From: a virus
DNA length: 64,000 bases
Strand: one strand, 5' to 3'
IMG/VR virus record: IMGVR_UViG_3300023174_000084
Coordinates: 51,581-115,580 of that record
Position 1 is the stretch's first letter, and each line of letters opens with the position of its first letter. Below, in pieces: positions 31,157 through 41,417 of the stretch. The translations under genes and the position numbers were made by a program. Below the pieces are notes generated by a model, which saw only the letters and a list, made by a program, of their open reading frames with translations, searched no databases and was not told the DNA's origin.

Positions 31157-34100
31157 TTATAGTGTTACGTTAACATTTGGTGGCAAAGCAATCGCTCTCA
31201 TGTCAATCAAAACAGGTACTGCTGTATTATCCGTTGTCGTAAGAACAATCTTTATTGCAAATTGGCTAAATGTAGTATATGTCTGACCATTTTTAGAAGT
31301 ATACTGAACATAACCTTGGCCAACATTACCTGAACCAGGTGCAAAGCTATACTCATAATATTCATCTCGTGTTTGTGAATATAATGATTCAGAGTTATTA
31401 ATCATTGTCATCAATTGCCAAGAAGAATCATCCAATATTTGTGTATCATTACGATTCAGTATCTTATAGTATACTTGAATTTCAGTATTGACTGGACGAT
31501 ATGCAGTTGTGTAAACAATTAAATCACCAGAATCAAAACCAGCATCTAATACAACTTTTTTAGTCAGATACTTAGCACGACCTGGACCACCAGCTGGTGA
31601 TGTTTCACCTGCAATTGTTACAGAAGCACCGGTACCAGGTGATGTATTTGCATCAGTAATAGTTACTGTCGGCGTAGTGATATAACCAGAACCTGGATTA
31701 ATTAAGTATACAGAATTAATTATACCACCAGAAACGTTGGCAGCTGCCGTAGCTTGAACACCGCCTGGACCTGTTGGTGCGGATACAGTTACAGATGTCA
31801 GTGCTGCATTATATCCCGAACCACCATTGACCACAGTAATTAATGAATTCGATAACTCACAGTTATTTACATTCCATGTAATTGCATAAGCAGTTAAACC
31901 GGCATCAGAAATCATTGGTGATACAGCATCATCATTAGATGACAATTGAGCCAATACTGAGAACGATGCTGTCGAGTTGGCAACCAATACTCGTTGACCA
32001 TTACCATCATTGAGATAGATATTATCGGAAGAAGATGTAGCAAACTTACCAGGATTAATTGGTGTTGTTGTTGTGATTGTGCCGTTTACCAATGAAGCAT
32101 TATATGAGTAATTAATATTTGTTGTTGTAGGCACCAAATCAGTTGTTGTTACGTTAAATGCATCAACAAGCACATTAGTATTTGCAACAGTGTTTGTAAT
32201 ATCAGGTATTGCATTAGCGTTTAAGAAGTATTCAACTGATTCATCTACCAATGTTCTTTGTGGTAATTTTTTAGGTACAACAAACTGAATTGTTGGTGAT
32301 GCAGATGTATTGAATACACAACGATCAATTACAAACATCAAACTTTGATTTTGATCCGCAGTCCATGTCTGTGAATTCTGAGAAATAAACAAAGCACCAA
32401 CAGAAGGTGCACCACCAACTTTAGTAACAGAAGAAGGTGTTGGATCAGTTGGTAAATTCTTAACAGAAGATGCTACGGCAGTATCACCATTAAATGCTGT
32501 CCATAAAATATATTGATTACTATTTGATTTAACAATGAAAGCATATAATAGACCAGGTTGAATGTATACTGGTGCATTAAATGTAAACTCGGTGTAGGCT
32601 GTTGGATCCAAATATTGTGGATTCTCTGATACTACCACTTGGTCTGGCGTTAATGTAACAACAGAATTATCAAGAACATCACCATTTGGATAACCATTCA
32701 ATGTGCCAACCATATACAAACTAATTGGTGAACTATCATTTGTAGGTTTATTTCTAAAGAATACTTTAACAGAATTCAAGAACATACCGTTTGGATAGTT
32801 ATCTTTAGAAATGATGAATGTCTGTGCAACAGGGTCCCATTGATTAAATATAGTTGATACAGTTGTTGTCGAAGCGGTACGAGTTGATGTGAATGTTCCT
32901 TTTGCACCAGACGGTGAAGCACCAAAGTCCACACGCTGAGATGTGGTTTGTAAACCTTGGGCATAGTAAGTGCCTTCTGCAAATGTGGTGGCAGTGTCAA
33001 TATTACCATTGATGCCGTTATTAATATTCAGAACTCTTTCACCAGTATGAAAAGTATTTTCTGGAATAATGAATACACCATATAAAGCTCCTGCTTCATC
33101 GGTTCTTAATGTACCTATAGAATAGATGTCGCCATTAGCTGCTGTTACTGTGCTAGCCAACAATGCGGTTTGATTGGCACCATAGTATGCCGAGATAGAT
33201 GCTGACTGGCCTGCACCCGTACCAGCATTAATATAAATTGTATTACCTGTGTAATAATTATTTGTTGTGCTAGCTAAAGTGGATAATCTAATTCTATTGG
33301 ACGAAACAGCGTTAACGATTCGACCACCAAAGTGTGAAGAAGATGCAATTGTGCCACTTGCTGTAGAGTTCTGATACACACCTGCGGTGTTATAGAAACC
33401 ATTTTGCAATACTGTTGAATTACTGTATTGTGTTGAAGTGGCATCACCAGCAACATATAAACGAACATTGTTTGTGCCTGGATAACGATAGGTACCCAAT
33501 ACTCGGCCTGTAGGTGTAAACAAACCACCACTAAAGTAACCAATGATATCATTCTCATTGAATGTACCAGAAACACCAGTCAATTCGATATGGTTACCTT
33601 TACGAATATAATTTGTAACATCAATATTATCAAATTGGCCTGTGACCAATGTATTGATTAATAAACCTTTAGTGCGAACAACAATTTCTTGTGAACGAAT
33701 GTATGGTAGAATGCTAACATCGGTAATATATCCGTTGTCTAATGCATATGTATTACCAATGCGGTCATATGGACCTACAATATCACTTGCAGCAAAATTT
33801 GTTGTGCGAACTGTTGTTGTAAGATTCCAATTTCTACCCCATTGTGTAGAACTAAATGATGTACCTGAAACGGCTTGCCAATCGCCTGCAGAAAGAACAT
33901 TAATCTGTCCTTGATTTGCACGGAATACTTGTAAATTTGGATCTGTAATCAATAGAGCAGGTGCATAATTTGTATCAACCCAGTTGTCTACGTTTGGTGA
34001 TAGACTTACAACACCTTCTTTTGTATTGAAAGCAAATGGATTTACATTGACTGTGCGTGATGCAATACGTTGTGTAATTGCATTGGCTGTTGTGTATGGT

Positions 34101-37100
34101 AATGTAAAATAGTTAATGTAACTATCGGTACTAATATTATAACCTAATGCTGTTGATGTGTCAGCAGAAGGCATATTCATATTATATGCCAAAGCCAATG
34201 ATTTTAATGGAAAGTTGCGAACATTTTGCGTTGCCGTCATCTTGCGTTCACGGCGATTGATAGCAGCGAAGTAGTCTAAATTTTGTGTATCAGCTGTTGC
34301 ATAACTAGAGAAGTCATCAACTACAATACCATTTTTGAATCGGTTTAAACCAAATGAATCAGTGATTTGTAACGAACTTGCTTTTTGTTCTAACAAATTT
34401 AATGATGCATAATATTCAATCTGATTAATACGATTCTCTAATCCAGCAATGTCTTGCATTGTATATCGTTTGTGCTTAACCTTTTGAATTGATAGGTCAG
34501 CGATTGTACCTGCAGGTGCTTCTGTTGGAATATAACCCGTATAAGGTGTATGAATCAATTGTGCAATGACTAATGCACCATCTGGTTCTGTTGGATAAAT
34601 TGGATTAAGAGATGGAGCACCTTCAACGATTTGAAAGCTTCTATCTTTGCTCAAAACTAATTTATCTTTACGGCCAAGATAATAAGAATAATCACCTAAG
34701 AATGTGGTTAAATCAACAGGCAAAAAGATACCACGATTAGTATCGGAGTTTGAATAACGGAATTGAAAGGCGGTTGTAGCATTGACACGAGCTGGACGAA
34801 AATCGACACAATCTCTTAAACTATAAAGTGTTCCGTAAGTGCTAGTGTATTGTGGTATTTCTTGATACTGTTCATTTGAGTATGAAAGAATACTAAAATA
34901 TCCGTCACCACCTGAGTGTTGATAGTAATCAACTAATACAAGAATGTTACCAATAGGTTGAGAGGCACCAGGTTTTAATGTGATGCTGGCATGGTCGTAG
35001 TATGAATCTCGTTGGCCATTATCAAAATTATAATTGTTTGTGATGTCATATGCTGGGTTAGTTATCATAGCTACCGTAGCACGAACACTTGGGCTCTTTG
35101 TGTCAATAATCTTGACAATTTGTTTCACATCAGAAAGATATAAACTTTGTGGATTACCAGGTGTAACAAGACCTGGTTGTTCAATATAGATTTGACCTGT
35201 CGATGTTAAACTGGTATCATCAACAAATGTGTATGTACCAATTTGCGTGTTACTGGTACTGATAGCTGTTGTGTTAGCAGTAATGAGATACTTATTCTTT
35301 AATATACGACCTGTATCTTGACCATTTTCAACAAACACTTTTGCATATACAGTAGCAGTAAATGTTCCACCCACATCAGAACCGGATAGTGTGGCGGTGG
35401 AGCCTGTTGAGTTAAGCGTGACGGTTCTGCCTACTGTGGTCCAAGGAACATTATCACCAACATTTAGTGTCGAACTACCTTTATTTGTAACAATTATTGT
35501 ATAATTTTGTCTAACAAGTTCAGTAGATAATGTGGAGCTTGGAGTACCAAAATGACGAATCACATTGTTGTAATCGCCTGTGTATGGTAGTGTTGCAACA
35601 AAGGCACCACCAGAGGGTGTAAATGACACATTACGCCACACTTGTTGAGTTGTAAATGATGTATCTGTAATTGTTTCAACATAAGGATTACCAACCGTGA
35701 ATACCAGTTCAGGCACATTTGGATTTTGTAAAACTGTGTCACCACTTTCAAGACCGCCTACCTTACCTTGCTCAGCATCAATCTCAGCCTTTGCATAGAG
35801 TGTGGCTGGATATGAGTCTTTGTTTGCGTAGATGATTGATTCTATATCTTTTGTGTCGAAGTTTAATGTAAATACAGATGAGGTTGTTGGTGTAGCTGTC
35901 CAGTTTTGATTGACTGTTGCAACTTTTGTTGTACCATTGTATGCTGTGATAGTTCTAAAATCTCCAGCACCAGGTCCAGAATTAATAGTAATATTCACAC
36001 CAACATAAGAATCACCAAAACGAGAAAAATAATTTGGGAATGTAATAGTGGATGTGGTACCGCCTGTGGCAGTTGCAACTTGTGTTCTATTTAAAAGATT
36101 AGCAACGTAGGCTTTATAAACATAAGTGTTTGCGCCTGTACCTGTTGCACTATCATATATCAAAGCACGAACATTCGCTGTTGCAACTACGGTAGCATTG
36201 TATGTGTTAGAGTTTGCATATGATACATTGGCCGAATCAACGCAATGTAAATCAATCTGTGAATATGATGTTGTATCAAAGAAAGAGGTGTTTGATCCAT
36301 TTACATTATCAACATAAAAATAACTACCAAAATTAATAAAGACTGGATTATTATTCTGTGATTCTGTTGTTCTTGCACGATTGGATGTCAAGTCAACACT
36401 TGTTAGATTTTCTAAACGATAACCATGAACATATGCTAAACCTTTACCTACGTTCATAATGTAGGTGTCTGGATCTAAAGTGTTTGCTCGTGGAGTTAAT
36501 TTGAAATCAGATACAACATAGTCACCATTTGTTTCATAGTCACGTTTGGCAAAGTAATCATCAATCACACCATATACAGAACCATCAACCAACTTAACGG
36601 TATTACCATCCTCTACACGAACCAATTCAATAAAACCATCATCATCACCAAATGTAATTGGTCGACTTTCTAATGTTAGAGTAACTTTATAACGGTCTGC
36701 ACCAGGCGCTTGATAGTTGGATGCACCAACGGCAGGATCTAACAATGATGTATCGTTTACATAATCAGTAATCGATTCGGTAATGTTTAAACCAATCCGT
36801 TTTGTTGGAGTGTTGTCATACTTATCAACAACAACAGTCTGTGGGTTTACTTGAACAAATAGACCATCAGAAATAGTAATACCATCTGAACGAGTATAGT
36901 TGCTAGACACATAGAATACACCTTGTGCAATTGAAGCAACCGATGAAAGACCCGTGGCATCCAATGCCTGTGCTTGTGCAGCTAAATTAGAACTTACATC
37001 ATAAACAATGTCATCATCTTGAAACTGATCACCGGATTTATAAGATACAATTAATGTTGGTGGATCACCAACACCTGCAGTACCTGTAGCAGCCACAACG

Positions 37101-37426
37101 GCAATAACTTGTGCAAGAACGGTACCTGAAGCATTACGAATTAGTTTGTTTGTAAATGCATTGATGTCAATAGCAGAATTATTATAAGTTGGTTGTAATT
37201 TAATATAAGAACAATTAAAGTTTGTTGTTACTTGTCCACCTGTAACCGGTGAATTTTGCTTGAAAATATTATCAGCAAACTTAGTGATTTGATCTTGAAG
37301 AATACTTTGAGATTGAGTTAATTCTCTTGCTTGAACCGCAAATCCTGGCTTAAAAAGAATTCGATGAAAATTCTTAGCAGGATCAAAGTCATCATAGTAT
37401 GGATCAACGTTAAAATTAAGCGGCAT
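31157..37426 (-). CDS. Large virion structural protein, VrlC/DUF4815-like
   Basis: NFNVDPYYDDFD..KNFHRILFKPGFAVQARELTQ start; APGADR; KRYTMQDI; RFKNGIVVDDF; DPVAQTF. Confidence 0.88.
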   Translation of the reverse strand: MPLNFNVDPYYDDFDPAKNFHRILFKPGFAVQARELTQSQSILQDQITKFADNIFKQNSPVTGGQVTTNFNCSYIKLQPTYNNSAIDINAFTNKLIRNASGTVLAQVIAVVAATGTAGVGDPPTLIVSYKSGDQFQDDDIVYDVSSNLAAQAQALDATGLSSVASIAQGVFYVSSNYTRSDGITISDGLFVQVNPQTVVVDKYDNTPTKRIGLNITESITDYVNDTSLLDPAVGASNYQAPGADRYKVTLTLESRPITFGDDDGFIELVRVEDGNTVKLVDGSVYGVIDDYFAKRDYETNGDYVVSDFKLTPRANTLDPDTYIMNVGKGLAYVHGYRLENLTSVDLTSNRARTTESQNNNPVFINFGSYFYVDNVNGSNTSFFDTTSYSQIDLHCVDSANVSYANSNTYNATVVATANVRALIYDSATGTGANTYVYKAYVANLLNRTQVATATGGTTSTITFPNYFSRFGDSYVGVNITINSGPGAGDFRTITAYNGTTKVATVNQNWTATPTTSSVFTLNFDTKDIESIIYANKDSYPATLYAKAEIDAEQGKVGGLESGDTVLQNPNVPELVFTVGNPYVETITDTSFTTQQVWRNVSFTPSGGAFVATLPYTGDYNNVIRHFGTPSSTLSTELVRQNYTIIVTNKGSSTLNVGDNVPWTTVGRTVTLNSTGSTATLSGSDVGGTFTATVYAKVFVENGQDTGRILKNKYLITANTTAISTSNTQIGTYTFVDDTSLTSTGQIYIEQPGLVTPGNPQSLYLSDVKQIVKIIDTKSPSVRATVAMITNPAYDITNNYNFDNGQRDSYYDHASITLKPGASQPIGNILVLVDYYQHSGGDGYFSILSYSNEQYQEIPQYTSTYGTLYSLRDCVDFRPARVNATTAFQFRYSNSDTNRGIFLPVDLTTFLGDYSYYLGRKDKLVLSKDRSFQIVEGAPSLNPIYPTEPDGALVIAQLIHTPYTGYIPTEAPAGTIADLSIQKVKHKRYTMQDIAGLENRINQIEYYASLNLLEQKASSLQITDSFGLNRFKNGIVVDDFSSYATADTQNLDYFAAINRRERKMTATQNVRNFPLKSLALAYNMNMPSADTSTALGYNISTDSYINYFTLPYTTANAITQRIASRTVNVNPFAFNTKEGVVSLSPNVDNWVDTNYAPALLITDPNLQVFRANQGQINVLSAGDWQAVSGTSFSSTQWGRNWNLTTTVRTTNFAASDIVGPYDRIGNTYALDNGYITDVSILPYIRSQEIVVRTKGLLINTLVTGQFDNIDVTNYIRKGNHIELTGVSGTFNENDIIGYFSGGLFTPTGRVLGTYRYPGTNNVRLYVAGDATSTQYSNSTVLQNGFYNTAGVYQNSTASGTIASSSHFGGRIVNAVSSNRIRLSTLASTTNNYYTGNTIYINAGTGAGQSASISAYYGANQTALLASTVTAANGDIYSIGTLRTDEAGALYGVFIIPENTFHTGERVLNINNGINGNIDTATTFAEGTYYAQGLQTTSQRVDFGASPSGAKGTFTSTRTASTTTVSTIFNQWDPVAQTFIISKDNYPNGMFLNSVKVFFRNKPTNDSSPISLYMVGTLNGYPNGDVLDNSVVTLTPDQVVVSENPQYLDPTAYTEFTFNAPVYIQPGLLYAFIVKSNSNQYILWTAFNGDTAVASSVKNLPTDPTPSSVTKVGGAPSVGALFISQNSQTWTADQNQSLMFVIDRCVFNTSASPTIQFVVPKKLPQRTLVDESVEYFLNANAIPDITNTVANTNVLVDAFNVTTTDLVPTTTNINYSYNASLVNGTITTTTPINPGKFATSSSDNIYLNDGNGQRVLVANSTASFSVLAQLSSNDDAVSPMISDAGLTAYAITWNVNNCELSNSLITVVNGGSGYNAALTSVTVSAPTGPGGVQATAAANVSGGIINSVYLINPGSGYITTPTVTITDANTSPGTGASVTIAGETSPAGGPGRAKYLTKKVVLDAGFDSGDLIVYTTAYRPVNTEIQVYYKILNRNDTQILDDSSWQLMTMINNSESLYSQTRDEYYEYSFAPGSGNVGQGYVQYTSKNGQTYTTFSQFAIKIVLTTTDNTAVPVLIDMRAIALPPNVNVTL

Positions 37427-37429
37427 TTT

Positions 37430-38794
37430 TTAGTATCCTAATACAAATTTAAATTGTTCAACACCGTCAGCACTTCTTTGGACACTTTCTCTATTCTCAA
37501 CATATGTCAAATAACCTGAGAATAATACAAAGTCTGGTGTGCTAACAGTTAATACGGTTCTTGCAGTTAAAGATGAACTACCAAAAATAGGAGCATTTAC
37601 TGTATAATCTCCTACTGTATTTATGAGCCTAATTAGGTTGGATGCTGCATCAAAACTTAATACCGTTGCAGTAAATGTAGCAGTTTCTAAAGAAGAACCT
37701 TGAAAAACTGTTTCATCTTCGGCAAAGAGGCCAAAACCTGGAGCAACTACGATGTCAGTAGTTGTTCTGTAAATGGTACTATTAGCCGGTGCTGGATAGG
37801 TACTAAGTGCGGTAGGATTAACCAACAATCCAACTTGCCTAAAATCAATGTCAGTTGGTAAATTACCAGATTCACTTGAATTGAATTCTACAGTTACCAT
37901 TGTATGGCTGGCGCCAAGTTCATCAATTGGATCATATCCGTGGCCACCAATAGGAGAAATTGGAGCAATGAAGGTTGCATTTGAACCTAGTGTAGAAGTC
38001 ACCGCTACGTTTGCAAAGGTATAATCTGATCCTGTGTTCGTTACAATGATATCGGTAATTTCACCTGAGGTCACACTTGCCGTTCCTGTTGCACCGGTGC
38101 CATCACCAGTTATCACAACAGTAATTTCGGCATTAGCTGGATCGTAACCACTTCCACCATTAACAACATTGATAACTTCAACATCACCATAACCTGCTGT
38201 TGTAGCAATAGGATTTAATGTTTCAACGCCAACCGGAACAGGAATCCAAGATGGGTCCATGAACTTTGTTTTGGAACCAACATCAATAGTATACATATAT
38301 TTCCATTTGTAACCATCGGCGCCTTTGTAAATGTTATTGGTGCCATAACTTCCTGGTTGAAAGAATGGTTCATCGGTGGATTCGGCATTGTTATTGTTCC
38401 AGAGGCACTTGAATACTTGGTCATATTTGTTACGCACATAAAACTGTCTAACTAATCGACCAATAACATTGAGCTCAAACATATCAACATCATCACGATA
38501 ATAATCATAAACAGTACCTGTTGTCCAGTCAATACGCTGAATTACTGGACTAATGTTTGATGAGTTGACCAATTTAGCCACAAACATATTCTTAAATATA
38601 GATTTGATGGCTTTTTGGTCTTGTGTAGGAGTTGTTGGATCTCCTTCATTTGGCCATGGCAAAACACGGGCTAAGAAACAATACATCGTGCTGATTGGTC
38701 TATTTGTACCAGATATTGAAGCCACAGGTGCAAAATAGTCCTGTTCAACCTGAGTTACTTTTGCATTGTATGTTAATAGATTTTTATTAGCCAT
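37430..38794 (-). CDS. gp8: Baseplate wedge subunit
   Basis: RIDWTTGTVYD.Y, VFKCLWN, DGYKWKYMYTI, GGHGYDPIDELG, DFRQVGLLVNP. Confidence 0.9.
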   Translation of the reverse strand: MANKNLLTYNAKVTQVEQDYFAPVASISGTNRPISTMYCFLARVLPWPNEGDPTTPTQDQKAIKSIFKNMFVAKLVNSSNISPVIQRIDWTTGTVYDYYRDDVDMFELNVIGRLVRQFYVRNKYDQVFKCLWNNNNAESTDEPFFQPGSYGTNNIYKGADGYKWKYMYTIDVGSKTKFMDPSWIPVPVGVETLNPIATTAGYGDVEVINVVNGGSGYDPANAEITVVITGDGTGATGTASVTSGEITDIIVTNTGSDYTFANVAVTSTLGSNATFIAPISPIGGHGYDPIDELGASHTMVTVEFNSSESGNLPTDIDFRQVGLLVNPTALSTYPAPANSTIYRTTTDIVVAPGFGLFAEDETVFQGSSLETATFTATVLSFDAASNLIRLINTVGDYTVNAPIFGSSSLTARTVLTVSTPDFVLFSGYLTYVENRESVQRSADGVEQFKFVLGY

Positions 38795-38804
38795 GATTTA
38801 TTTA

Positions 38805-41414
38805 TTAAGCGTATTGAATTGCTACAAAAGTATTTGCATTGTCACCATCAATACTGAAGTATCTCAAGTAAGCTGAACTGGTACCAGACATAGTAAATGT
38901 GGTTGAATTGTCAGTTGAATTGGTTGCTGTGCATCCGTGTGTAACTGTTCTTGCCGGTCCACCAGTATTCGTCAACCAAACTTCAACAACTTTACCTGGC
39001 ACATAATTTGAAAGTGATATGGTACAATCTGCGGCAAGTGTAGCTTTAATTAATGATGTTGTTGAAAAATCAATTGTAAAGGCTGTCTGAGCACCAGCCA
39101 AAATAGTAGGTGCATAAATGAATCCTTTTTGTGGTGCCACAATACCAGTAAAATATACAGAATCGGCATTGAATGAAGCAATTTCATTAACAACATTTGA
39201 ACCCGTTGGTGTATTCCAGAATCTTATTCTAGAACCACGATTTGTGTCCGAATGATTTTCAGTAGCAATAAAATCGATTCTTGCATCACCAAATGGTGCA
39301 TATCCTGTAGTACCATATGAGTTACCAGCAATACGCAACAGAATATCATTGTTCTGTGTCGCTGTTGGTGCATCTACTGTACCTCTGGCGGCTCTACCAG
39401 CAATAATAGGATATGCTGTATTTGATGCCCCAAAAGAATCAATCAACACTCTAGCTGGTGTGTTTGCTTTGCTAGTCAGTTGCATCAACGTGCCAGCTTG
39501 TGTTGGAGTCTGTGAACTTCCTGATGCTGTGATTCTAAAGGCTGCTTCTGTTGCTGAGAAGTTTGAATTGGCTAAAACAACAATACCATTGACGGTTAGG
39601 TTTTTATTGACATTTAAATCTCTAACGACTGTGTTTGCATTATTAACAACTAAACCATTTGGTATAGTCAAACTTCCGTCTGAACCAAATTCAAATTGTC
39701 GTGCTGTGTTTATGCCATCTGTGATTATTCTCACATTAGAAACGGCTGTCACTATAGCAGTGTTGTTATTAGAAATTAATGCTGAATCATCTGTTAATGA
39801 GAGATAAACAGGTTCAGAACCTTTATTGAAATATACGCCACCGTTGGTACCAATGTATATACCTCTAGCGATACCATTAACTGAATCAAAAGATTGTAAT
39901 GTGATTGTGTCATCGTTGCTTCTTATAACACCTTCACCTGGTACTGTGAATGTACCTTCTTGATTAAAACTCCAGCTATATGGACTGGCATGTCTGTTTG
40001 TAACAATTTGAAAAATACCAGTAGTGTTTGCAGTCATTACAGATGGACTTGCAGTTTCTTGATAAATTCCACCGGCAGTATTGAGTGTAATAAAACCATT
40101 AACATTTAAATTACTTTCAATGGTATTTTCACTTATTGATTCAATAACATATGTGTTGGCTAAATCGGAATTTACTGTAAAATATTTTAAATGTTTGGTA
40201 CTATATGGAGAAATTTTTATTGTTGATGCTTTGGTTGTAGAGTTGTTTGCAGGAACACCATGAGTAATTGTTCGAACTGCAGCCGAATCATTATAAACAA
40301 ACAAATCAATATACTTACCAAGAACAATACCTGTATGTGAAACAACCAAATCACTAGTAACATTGGTCTTAACAATATTGGCTTGTTGATAGTTAAGTGT
40401 GATGGCAGTTTGTGGTGAAGAATATGTGGTTGGTATCGACATTGCATTGGCCACATAGGTTGCACCATTTGCATATACCAAACCATCAATTACTAGTGTA
40501 CCAGGAATATAAATGCTATTGTTTACTGTAATTGCAAATGTATTTGCAAGAGCATTGTTTGCTTTATTAAATGCACCAGCAGCTAAACCATTGGCACCAT
40601 TAGCAGCATTATATGCACCAGCAGCCAAACCATTGGCACCATTGGCTGTGTTGTATGCACTCGTGGCGTATCCATTAACGTCATTGGCTTTTGCAAAACC
40701 TGATTGTGCATATTGATTTACTGCGGTAATTTGAGTGTTTTGCCAAGCATTAACGCCTTGAATGATAATTGTGTTGGCTGATGCTGAATTGGCCGTGTTT
40801 GCAGCCAATTGTGATAGAGATGCAGGTGCAGCCGCAACAGTTTGTATTGAACCATCAGTAAACTCTAAACGACTTGAGTTGTTAAGTGTGATACCAAACT
40901 TGGTAATTTTTGCAATCACATTTGCCGTTGTTGTACCACCAGCAACAAAAGATACATTTGCGCCAGCTGAAGCAGTACCAATCACCAAGTTTCCGTCAGA
41001 AGAATTATCTAAAGAACCTGAAACATAAAGATAACCATCAAGGCGTTTTGTGGCTGAGTATTCTGGATCATTATAAGTTGAATTGTTGATACCCAAATCA
41101 ATATAATTGTTTGCATTGGTACCAATATCAGCTGTTGCAACATAGTCAGCAGAACCATTACCAGTTAAATTTTGTAAATTGGTTTGTAAAAATGTTTGGC
41201 TATTGCCGCTAAATTGTGCAACTGTATTGGTCAATAAAATTTCATTAGGTCCAACTTTTAAAGAATCGTTGTGAAACAAACCATCAGCCAAAGTTCGAAC
41301 GGTGATTCTAGCTGTTTCATCGGTTGATATATCTACAACAGGAATAATAGTTGCAGCTGTATTTCCATTTATGGTTGATATTATTGGGAGGTCTGATATT
41401 TTTACTGTTGCCAT
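38805..41414 (-). CDS. Fibre-like structural protein between gp7 and gp8
   Basis: MATVKISDLP N-terminus; ANGANGLAAGA repeats; internally duplicated beta domain. Confidence 0.75.
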   Translation of the reverse strand: MATVKISDLPIISTINGNTAATIIPVVDISTDETARITVRTLADGLFHNDSLKVGPNEILLTNTVAQFSGNSQTFLQTNLQNLTGNGSADYVATADIGTNANNYIDLGINNSTYNDPEYSATKRLDGYLYVSGSLDNSSDGNLVIGTASAGANVSFVAGGTTTANVIAKITKFGITLNNSSRLEFTDGSIQTVAAAPASLSQLAANTANSASANTIIIQGVNAWQNTQITAVNQYAQSGFAKANDVNGYATSAYNTANGANGLAAGAYNAANGANGLAAGAFNKANNALANTFAITVNNSIYIPGTLVIDGLVYANGATYVANAMSIPTTYSSPQTAITLNYQQANIVKTNVTSDLVVSHTGIVLGKYIDLFVYNDSAAVRTITHGVPANNSTTKASTIKISPYSTKHLKYFTVNSDLANTYVIESISENTIESNLNVNGFITLNTAGGIYQETASPSVMTANTTGIFQIVTNRHASPYSWSFNQEGTFTVPGEGVIRSNDDTITLQSFDSVNGIARGIYIGTNGGVYFNKGSEPVYLSLTDDSALISNNNTAIVTAVSNVRIITDGINTARQFEFGSDGSLTIPNGLVVNNANTVVRDLNVNKNLTVNGIVVLANSNFSATEAAFRITASGSSQTPTQAGTLMQLTSKANTPARVLIDSFGASNTAYPIIAGRAARGTVDAPTATQNNDILLRIAGNSYGTTGYAPFGDARIDFIATENHSDTNRGSRIRFWNTPTGSNVVNEIASFNADSVYFTGIVAPQKGFIYAPTILAGAQTAFTIDFSTTSLIKATLAADCTISLSNYVPGKVVEVWLTNTGGPARTVTHGCTATNSTDNSTTFTMSGTSSAYLRYFSIDGDNANTFVAIQYA

Positions 41415-41417
41415 TTG